This document shows, one piece after another, positions 11,429 through 20,000 of a stretch of 20,000 nt of DNA; the first letter of the stretch is position 1, and every line of letters starts with the position of its first letter. This DNA is from Conidiobolus incongruus B7586. Lineage: Eukaryota. The translations under genes were made by a program, and so were the position numbers. Below the pieces are notes generated by a model, which worked only from the letters and a program-made list of their open reading frames with translations, was not told the DNA's origin and made no database searches. Location of the stretch: NCBI GenBank assembly GCA_000697335.1, contig JNEM01011165.1:53287-73286 (forward strand), read 5' to 3'.

Positions 11429-12076
11429 ATGTCATATTATCTAAAATCTTTTACATTCTATTTAATACTATTAAGTGTAATATTACTATTTACTCAATTA
11501 ACTTACCTCAACTTCTCATTCCTATTAGCGAGTGACTTAACGATAGTCAGCTTTTTACACAAACGCATACATGCAATCATTCTGTCAGAGTATTGTAAGA
11601 GGGAGTGCCCAAAACTAAAAAAGTATTTGGAACCTGTATTCACCTTTGAACCTCTAGTCACCAAACAAAACTTGGAAATCAATTGCAACAATCTCCGAGC
11701 TAAAGAATGTCGCATAAAGCAACTATTTGTCGCAGCTTTAGAACAATGCTCAAAATCCAACAAATCGTACTGTATGATCATGGAGGATGATATCTACATT
11801 TTGGAATCCATCTTCCTGCGCATCCTCTACTATTACACCCTACCTTGGAACAATGACAATTCCTACACTATGGACTGTAACAAGTTTGGCATTTACCGTA
11901 AGAATTACCGTGTGAATGGCAATGGTCTCCAGTGTAGGATCTTCAGCAAATTTTTGTTAAAGAAGTTGATCCAGTGTCAAATTGACAAGGAAGGGCCCCC
12001 TGATGTGCTGTTGGAGGAGTGTCTCAAGGACGCAGATGAGAAGAGGTTTTTGGGAACGTTTAATTTGAATGGATAG
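11429..12076 (+). CDS. Type II membrane, cysteine-rich protein, putative GT-A fold glycosyltransferase-like (GT25-like EDD motif)
   Basis: Intact 215-aa ORF with an N-terminal hydrophobic anchor. YCMIMEDDIY resembles the hhhEDD motif of GT25/GT2-type enzymes, and a later PPDVLL resembles the PxD motif. Base composition looks coding. Confidence 0.5.
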   Translation: MSYYLKSFTFYLILLSVILLFTQLTYLNFSFLLASDLTIVSFLHKRIHAIILSEYCKRECPKLKKYLEPVFTFEPLVTKQNLEINCNNLRAKECRIKQLFVAALEQCSKSNKSYCMIMEDDIYILESIFLRILYYYTLPWNNDNSYTMDCNKFGIYRKNYRVNGNGLQCRIFSKFLLKKLIQCQIDKEGPPDVLLEECLKDADEKRFLGTFNLNG

Positions 12077-12754
12077 TAACAATTCTATCATCTATATAAT
12101 AATCTGTAATTAATTTGATCATAATATAAATGCCTAAACTAAATTCTTAAAAATTGTTTATCAAAATTAATACAAAAATTATCAATAAATTATGATTTTA
12201 AATATAAAAGTTTTATTAATTAATAATTGTATATATACTATTTAAAAATCAATTTACAACATTATGATAATTTTTCTTTAAATCTCCCATCTTATAATAT
12301 CATTCATACTATTCAATTATACCATTAAAAGTTTATTGATTCATTCATAATCTTGCTCAATTTGATATGAATCAGAGTATAAACAATAATTAAATAATAT
12401 AATTATAACAATCTTCTAGATTTGGAAAAATAATCAGTTTAAATAGATTAAATATATCATTAAATTATTGAAAAAAATGATATTTTTAGAAATTAAAATA
12501 TTTAAAAATATTGAATCGAATCCAGATTACTAAATTGTAAGCAATAATTATGTCACTAAATCTCCATTTGAATCCAATAATCAAGTTTAATTAAATTACT
12601 TTGATACTCAATCAGATTCGTTCAACTTTATCATTTCATTTATATTTCCATTCTCCTATTATAATTAATATACTTCCTATTTAAATCACAAGGCCCATAA
12701 TCTGCAAGATAAATAGTTTTAATGGTTTAGTCAATCATTACCATTAAATCAAAA

Positions 12755-13387
12755 ATGTCATTAAATTCTAAAAACGTTGACCTAAGCGTATATCTAGCAA
12801 CCGATCGACCTCTAACCTATCCCGATCTCAGCAATTTTCTCTGATCAATAGAGGCAGTGATCTAAGATAGCATTAATATAGTCCAACTAAGGGAGAAGGA
12901 GGGTATCTACGACAGGATTTTAGAGCTCGCAATGGATGTTATAGAACTTTTCAACCATTACAAAATCTCCCAAATCATTAATGATCGCATCAAGTTGGCT
13001 AAAAGAATCGATGTGGACGGTATCCATGTAGGTCAAGACGATATGGCATATCACGAAACACTTGGGATTTTGCGCGATTCCAAAGTTGTAGGGGTTTCGG
13101 TAAGTACCTTGGATGAAACTAAAATTGCAGCTGAATAGGTTGTAAACTACGTAGAAATTGATACGACTTTTAATACCCAGACGAAGAATTTAAAAAGATA
13201 GGCACTGTGTCCCGAGGGCGTCGCGAAAATGCTGACTCAGAGCTTTGAGTTGAATGAAGAATATAAATTGGACAAAATTGCTGGCATCTCAACATTTATG
13301 ACTGCCCTCAATCACACTGAAATTGTTAGACTGATCAAGGAAAATATTATGGTTATTGGCAGCTTTAAATTACCACCATTATTGTAA
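12755..13387 (+). pseudogene. Thiamine-phosphate synthase (ThiE/TMP-TENI domain; N-terminal half of fungal Thi6) pseudogene
   Basis: One frame reads MSLNSKNVDLSVYLATD...IVQLREKE...IINDRI...DGIHVGQDDM...VVGVSV...FNTQTK, which are ThiE motifs. In-frame stops are TGA 12842, TAA 12863, TAG 13136 and TAG 13199. Conserved glycines are altered and the AIGGI segment is missing. Confidence 0.88.
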
Positions 13388-14153
13388 GTAAAAAAATTAA
13401 AGTTAATCAAAATTAGATTTAGAATAAATTTAAATCAATTAATGACTTATTTTATAATAAATTTATTTTTAATTGATACTTTAAAAAGAAATAAATATTT
13501 TTAATTTCTGATTTTTCAAGCATTTTATTAATATTAAAAAAATAAATTATATACAATATATATATAAGAATTAATATTTTTAAATTATATTTATATTAAT
13601 TTATAATTATTTTTTATAAAGATATTTTTAATTAAAATTTAATAATAAATATAATTATACTTAAACTAGATAGTGAATATGAAGTTTTATTTTAGTATCA
13701 TTAAAACATAATCACAAACCCCTTAAAATTATTTAAGTATTGTATTTTAAAATTAACCTCTGATTTTAATTTGATAATTAAACCAATATTATTTCTATTT
13801 TAACCTGGTTTTATTAGTTTATAATTAAATAATATCCTTTATTCTCTTTTGTGTTAGATTTTAACTACTCTATACCCTTTATTAAATCAACTATTTAAAC
13901 CTAAAAGTGATAAAGATAAAAAGGAAGTTTTTTTCTTTTGGATATTTTATTATTACTTTGTATTTTTAATAATGGGAATTTTTTGCAATTGAAAATAAAT
14001 AAATATTTTAATATATAATATATAAAAATAAATATATAATATAAATTTAATAGTTTCTTTTATTATTAATAACTTTTTGCTGTACTTTCAGCAAAGATCT
14101 AACACCTAAAAAATAGTTTTTTTATTAAAAACTGAAATTTAATGTTTTATAAA

Positions 14154-14496
14154 TGTTATATATCTACCCAATTAGTCTATATATATTTACCTTTAATATT
14201 AGTTTACCTATAATTTATCTCTTATTCTACTTTCCCTTAAATTAATCTATTCTTATCCTAATATCAAAAGGGGAAATACAACAGGGATTTATCTATCTAT
14301 TTATTCATTTAGTTATCTATCTATTCACTCATCCATTTATCCAACTATCTATTTATCTATCTATCTGAAAAAAACTAACTCTAAGTTTTTGTCAAGAACT
14401 TCCAATAAAACTCTATATAACTACATTTTAATCCTATAACTTATTCACACTCTAACTTAATTTAATATAATTATCCTAGTTTCCAGCATTAAGATA
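14154..14496 (+). repeat. 5' LTR (about 343 bp)
   Basis: Starts with TG and matches 19934-20000 at 62 of 67 positions. The end is placed at GATA (probable GACA after CA to TA) just before the PBS, so it is uncertain by a few nt. Confidence 0.85.
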
Positions 14497-14501
14497 ATGT
14501 A

Positions 14502-14510
14502 TGGTAGCAG
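14502..14510 (+). promoter_or_regulatory. Primer-binding site complementary to the 3' end of initiator tRNA-Met
   Basis: TGGTAGCAG lies just after the LTR. TGGTAGC is complementary to the GCUACCA 3' end of eukaryotic tRNAiMet. Confidence 0.75.
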
Positions 14511-14759
14511 TGAAACTCATGTCTCTCCTATTCCAACCTAAAATCAAAAAATAATATAATATATATTTTATAACCTCCTCATTAAATCTCAATCTTCCAT
14601 TACATCTTTTCTCTTCTCATTTCTTCTCATTTATCTTTATCTCTCTTTATCTCTTATTTCTTCTTATAACCTTTTCTCTTATCTCATCTCTCCCTATCTT
14701 TTACATTAATTTACCTCTACTCTCTTAATTATATTATAGTTTTTTTAGATAAAACCAAT

Positions 14760-15869
14760 ATAACTACCTATAGTGTCTTAACTCACACAAGGCAAAGTTA
14801 GGAAAATTCCTCTAACTAATATAAAGATACCTCTTATACCCTAGAAGTTCTCTTTATCAAAAATCTCTTTGATGAAAATAATAACCTGAATGATTATTTT
14901 TATCAACTAAACAATCAACAAAAAGCAAACCTCTTAATCTGTTTATTCTTTAAATATCAGGACCAAAAGAGAATAACTCCTTCTCTATCTATATACTCAG
15001 CTTGTGAGATCTTTCCTACAACTTTTTTTATCAAACAACTATCTAAACAATTAAAGAACTATGATGGTTTTAGAAAAGCTCAACAAATCTAAGATTTTTT
15101 GAATTCTTTTGAGATGTATTTTAAACATGTCCTAATAACCCTATCAGAGCAATTAGATTTAGTATCTATCTATTTAACAGGTAATGCCTGAACCTAGCTG
15201 GAAAACTACTAAAGGTTACACCACTTTTCCTCTAACAAGTATGATTCTGAGTATATCAATAACTTTAAACAGTTTAAACAAAAACTAAAAGATGAATTTT
15301 ACCCTTTTGACTTAGAAAATGTCACTTATCACAAACTTCTAGATCTAAAACAAACTACCACTGTTTCTAGTTATTTAGATGTGTATCAACACTTTAAAAA
15401 CCACCTCCCTCAACACTATTCCTTTAATTGAATTATAAGCTTTCTACATAAACTTAAGAAAGAAATCTACAACAAAATTAACCCTCTAGTCTCTCCCCAA
15501 AATGATTCTTTTGAATGTGTTGCAGAGTTGGCTCTAAAGTACAACTCACCACATACTAGATCAAAAGAAAAAAGATTTGTTTATCCTTCTTCTCATTCCT
15601 CTTTGATTCCCTAATCTCATTCATCCACTTGGAATTCTAATCAAATGATTGTTGATAACATCTATGCTAATAAAAAGGTGTTAGTTATACCTACCAAATA
15701 TATTCCCCTTACACCAGAACAATGCAAATACATTCTCCAAAATAATAGATGTACCTATTGTTGCCAACTAGATACCTCTTATAATTACTTAACTTGCCCT
15801 AAAAAATCCAATTCCTCATAACCTAAACAAAACTCTTCTGACTAAAAGGGAAAAGAAGTAGATCAGTAA
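14760..15869 (+). pseudogene. gag: gag, inactivated
   Basis: Single frame with YDG...DFLNSFEMYF...YLTGNA*T*L...FKQKLKDEF...LLDLKQTTTVSSY (retrotransposon capsid-like). It has a decayed zinc knuckle RCTYCCQLDTSYNYLTCP at about 15747-15800. The putative start reads ATA, and there are several internal stops. Confidence 0.8.
15848..15854 (+). promoter_or_regulatory. -1 ribosomal frameshift slippery heptamer G GGA AAA
   Basis: The heptamer is in X XXY YYZ phase with gag codons, a few codons before the gag stop. The -1 frame is exactly the frame of all pol fragments. Confidence 0.65.
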
Positions 15870-18800
15870 GTGTAAACCATCTCCACTAAGTAACCAACCC
15901 TATTGATCCTTCTCTCTAATCAGTTACTTATCTCAATCCATCAACTACCAAATCACTCTCAAACTCAACCACTACATCTAATATAACTAATAAAAATCTT
16001 AATGTACCCTCTTCACCTTGTCCACTTAATACCAATAATAACAAAATCACTGAACATTACAATTCAAGCTTTGATACTTGAAAATATCTAACCCAAACAA
16101 GTTCAACTCAAAATCTTCAATTATCATCTACTTCTGTTTTATCACCCAACTTTAATAACAATCTTTCAGCTTTCCCATTGATTTTTGCTGGTTCAATTTT
16201 CAATGTGAAGGTGAATGTCCTACTCAATACTAGTGCTACTGGTTGCTTGATCAACAATCAACTAGCTTCAGAACTCAATCTTGTTCCCACTCCTTTTCCT
16301 ATTAAACTTACCCTAGCTGACAAATCTGAATGTGTTTCTACAGGTCTTGTTTCAGCTTCTTTATCACTTTCTAATTGGTATACCAAACAATTCAACTTTA
16401 TTGCTACCCTAATACATCATGATATTATTCTAAGGTTGAATTGGATAAAGTCACATTTACCTATCACCCTAAACCTACTTCCAAATGGCACCCTCCAATT
16501 AACCTTCAAGTATAATAACTGACAAATCAATCTTACTTCTGTTAATAATCTTTCTTCTAATTCCTCTTTTATTCTAATTAATCTACAACCTATTTCAACC
16601 AGTACACTATCTAATTTGAACAACAATTATAATATTAATTCCAATCCAACATCCAATTATTATGTCAATTTGACTAATCTAAATAGATCCACCTAACCAA
16701 CCAATACTACTTCACTTCCAAATACTGTTTAATCTAACAACAACTTTTCTTTAATCCAAAAATTAGATCTAAATTCAATCATCATATCATGTTAATCCTT
16801 TTCAAACTCCTTGAGAAAAAATCAAATTCAATCTTGTTGTCTTGTTTTTATTTCTCCCTCCTTAAATAATGTCCAAGCTCACTCCTCAGATGTTACAACC
16901 TTACCACTTAACCACCCAATGTCTTCTTTAGTCAATTCCTATCAAGATATATTCAAACCAAGAGATTCTTTACCCCCTGAAAGAGAAGTCAAACACAAGA
17001 TCAAACTACTCCCTGGATCTCAACCTTATCACTGTCCTATTTATCACATGTCCACAAAAGAAAATAAAACTCTGAAAGAAACCTTATCTCAACTCATTGA
17101 TAAAGGTTTCATCCATCCTTCAACCTCACCCTGGGGTTCTCTTATCCTCTTTGTCAAGAAGAAAGATGGTAGACTATGTTTTTGTGTAGACTTCTGAGCT
17201 TTGAACAAAATGACCATCAAAGACAGAACATCATTACTAAATCTTTCTGAATTACATAACCAAATTTTAAGATCTAAATTCTTTACAAAACTCAACATGT
17301 GCAATGGTTATTATAATATTGCTATGGACTCCAACTCAATTCCATTAACCACTTTTAATACTTGTTTCAGCCATTACAAATTCACTGTCCTACCTTTTGG
17401 GTTATGCAACACACCTGCTATATTCACAAAACTTATGAATTCTCTTTTCTTTGAATCACAAGACATTTTTGTTATATCATACCTTGATGATATCTTGATA
17501 TTTTCTAAAACATTTGAAGACTATCTCAAACATGTCTAACACATCTTTGACATTTTTAGGAAACACTCTCTCCCTGTAAAACTGTCTAAATGCTATTTTG
17601 GTGTTTCTGAAGTACCTTTCTGTAGCCATATCTTGTCCTCTGATGGTATTAAAGTTGATCCCAAAAAAATTACCACTTTACATTCCTAGCTTATTCCAAC
17701 TAATCTTAATTCCTTACAATCATTTTTAGGTATGGTCAATTATTTCAAAGACTTCATTGATGGATATGCTGAACTTGCCTCACCCTTAACCAATCTACTC
17801 TACAAAGATATGCCTTGGAATTAGGGATATCTTGAACATTTTGCCTTTATTTCTCTGATTAATGCTGTAACCACAGCCCCAACTTTAAGAAGTTTTAACC
17901 CTTCTTTACCTGTCATTCTAATGACTGATGCTTCTAGTTACACCATTGGAGGTTAGCTTAGTCAACCCAATTCTGCAGATTTCAACATTAATTCCTTGAA
18001 TTGTCTTGAGAGAGGAGTAAGCATTAGAATTTCAATGCTCAAATCAATAAACCTCTATCCAGTTGTCTTCTATTCCTGTAAAATGTCACCAGCAGAACTG
18101 AATTACCTAGTTTATAAACAAGAACTACTTGCTGTAGTAGAATACCTTAAACACTTCTGTTATTATGTATCTAGACAACCTGTTTATGCCTTTACAGATC
18201 ATAAATCTTTAATATGGTTAAATGACCAACCTCATCTCTCTAAACACCAAACTTCATGGGTTCAATTCCTTCAAGAATTTGATTTATGTATCAGTTATAT
18301 CAAAGGTTAATACAACACTCTGGCTGATCTTTTATCAAGACATATCAATTACACCCTTATCTGTGTCAAATGTTGCAAAAATCATGTAGATTTAAATTTG
18401 GTTTCTTTACAAATGTCCACATCCCAAATCAAACAACTAATCAAATCCAAATTACCTTCCAATGATTTTGCTCTTCAAGTGTGTGAAGACTTGAAAAAAC
18501 CAGAGAACAAAAAACCCCTGTATGTCAAGAGATTCAACTTGTCAAATAACCTCCTGTACCACACTAGCAGAATATACATCCCTGATGTAGAATCCATTAA
18601 ATTACAACTTCTTAAATTATACCATGATTCAACAGTCTTAGGTCACCAAGGATAGCTATGTACCTTCTAAAAAATCTCTAGACACTTCTATTAGCCAAAA
18701 ATGCAAAAAGATATCAAAATATATGTTATTTCCTGTGAACAATGCCAACTCAACAAACCACTTAATTAATATCCATATGGTCACTTAAATCTTTTACCAG

Positions 18801-19894
18801 TCCCTACATCCTGCTAGAGTGATATCATCATGGATTTCACAGATGCCCCTATGTTATCTTTGAAACTCAATTCAATTCTAGTTGTTACTGATCAATTAAG
18901 TAAAATGGTCCACTTGATCCCCACAACAAAGAAAATTAATGCTCAAGGTTTAGCAAAACTCTTTATTAATCACATTTTTAAACATCATAGACTTCCTAAC
19001 ACAATTGTGACTAATAGAGATACCAGATTCACCTCCAAATTCTGGCAAAACCTTATAGAATTGTTAGGATGTAAACACAATCTCTCCACCACACAACATC
19101 AAAGTTCAGATGGACAATCAGAAAGAACAATTCACATATTGAAAGAAGCCCTCAAATCATACCTTGATTATAACATGACAAATTGGATCAATAACTTACC
19201 TTTATTAGAAGTTGCCATCAATGATTCAATCAACTCTTCCACAGGAATAACACCATTCTACCTAAATTATAGTCAACACCCTAACTCCATCAATATTACA
19301 CCACCTCCTACAAACACTTCAGCTAGTGTTGACAACTTCACCACTCACATTAATTCTTTATTATCTATTGCCAAAGAAAAGATCTTTAAAGCCTAAGACA
19401 AGCAAGCTTACTATCATAACAAGAAATCCTTACCTTTCCTAAACCTTCTACCTAGCTCACTAGTCCTATTAAGTTCTAAAGACATCAATCTACCCCAACA
19501 TTCAGGCTGTCCAACTGAAAAATTACTACCTAAATAGTTAGGTCCTTATTTTATCAAGAACAAAGGTCCTAATCCTGATATATATAAACTTTATCTACCA
19601 CCTAACTTGAAAATACATCCAGTTTTCTATGTAGATGTTTTTAAACCATACAAAGATCCCACTAAAGACTTCTTGTCAAGAGAAACTCATTCTAGACCAC
19701 CACCTATTAACTCTGATAACTCAGGTAATTATTATATAGTAGATAAAATTCTTAACCACAGAAAACACTATAACAAAAACCAATACCTTGTCCAATGGCT
19801 TGGATACCCATTAAGTAAAGCTACTTGGGAAGATGAAGCTAATATCTCTTATATGCTTGCCTACTCTAACTTTAAATCCAAAAGATCCTCTTGA
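15848..19894 (+). pseudogene. pol: pol (protease, RT, RNase H, integrase, chromodomain), inactivated by in-frame stops
   Basis: ORF-track fragments at 16178, 16811, 17201, 17996, 18398, 18830 and 19607 share one frame. Motifs: protease LLNTSAT (from DTGA); RT SPWG..LFVKKKDG, LPFGLCN and YLDDILIFS; RNase H TDAS, QELLAVV and TDHKSL; integrase H..H/C..C, MDF, DGQSER and GPYF; chromodomain YIVDKILNHR..YLVQWLGY...TWE. Confidence 0.95.
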
Positions 19895-19925
19895 AAAGAG
19901 ACTTTGCCACATTATAGCAAAGTCT

Positions 19926-19933
19926 GAGGGGAG
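19926..19933 (+). promoter_or_regulatory. Polypurine tract
   Basis: GAGGGGAG directly abuts the TG start of the 3' LTR. Confidence 0.85.
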
Positions 19934-20000
19934 TGTCACATATCTACCCAATTAGTCCATATATATTTACCTTTAATATCAGTTTACCCATAATTTATCT
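19934..20000 (+). repeat. 3' LTR, first 67 nt
   Basis: TGTCACATATCTACCCAATTAG... is a direct repeat of 14154-14220. Confidence 0.92.

Larger units (their letters stand above)
14154..20000 (+). mobile_element. Ty3/gypsy chromovirus LTR retrotransposon, inactivated, 3' LTR cut by the window end
   Basis: LTR repeats start at 14154 and 19934. PBS, gag, and pol in PR-RT-RH-IN-chromodomain order are present, followed by a PPT. Confidence 0.97.

Noticed and set aside
14076..14102. Hairpin TTTGCTG-N6-CAGCAAA followed by CTAA as a Helitron 3' end
   Set aside because: The stem is short, the spacing to CTRR is too small, no T follows, and there is no other Helitron evidence.
14149..14153. Target-site duplication (ATAAA) of the retrotransposon
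   Set aside because: The 3' end lies outside the window, so it cannot be confirmed.
11503..17304. Minus-strand ORFs 11503-11781, 16417-16626 and 17089-17304
   Set aside because: Antisense shadows of the GT-like gene and pol, with no motifs.
1245..19894. Alternative genetic code (TAA/TAG read as Gln) as the cause of the many in-frame stops
   Set aside because: The intact genes (PrimPol-like, Tim44-like, LSM7, GT-like) have no internal TAA/TAG. LSM7 ends at TAA after its conserved C-terminus. The broken frames also contain TGA, TAG at Trp positions and damaging missense changes.
1..20000. CRISPR array or prokaryotic operon/defence system
   Set aside because: No regularly spaced repeats. Spliceosomal introns, LSM7 and an LTR element show the DNA is eukaryotic.

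Overview
AT-rich eukaryotic genomic DNA with short GT-AG introns of about 47-55 nt and the standard genetic code. An early-diverging fungus is my inference only. The left third holds an intronless PrimPol-like archaeo-eukaryotic primase (minus strand, runs off the window start), a small secreted peptide, a 3-exon Tim44-like mitochondrial protein gene flanked by an intact tRNA-Lys(CTT) and a decayed copy, and a 4-exon LSM7. The middle has an extremely AT-rich, CpA/TpG-depleted relic, a putative membrane glycosyltransferase-like gene and a thiamine-phosphate synthase (ThiE-domain) pseudogene. The right 5.8 kb is an almost complete Ty3/gypsy chromovirus: 5' LTR, PBS, gag, -1 slippery site, pol with chromodomain, PPT and the start of the 3' LTR. 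The strongest signal is a RIP-like, repeat-directed C-to-T mutation pattern. All 5 differences between the two LTR starts are CpA to TpA, I see no CpG in the element, and pol stays in one frame while carrying about 20 stops of the kind transitions produce. The second signal is the PrimPol-like gene, which has Asn where catalytic motif III normally has Asp.
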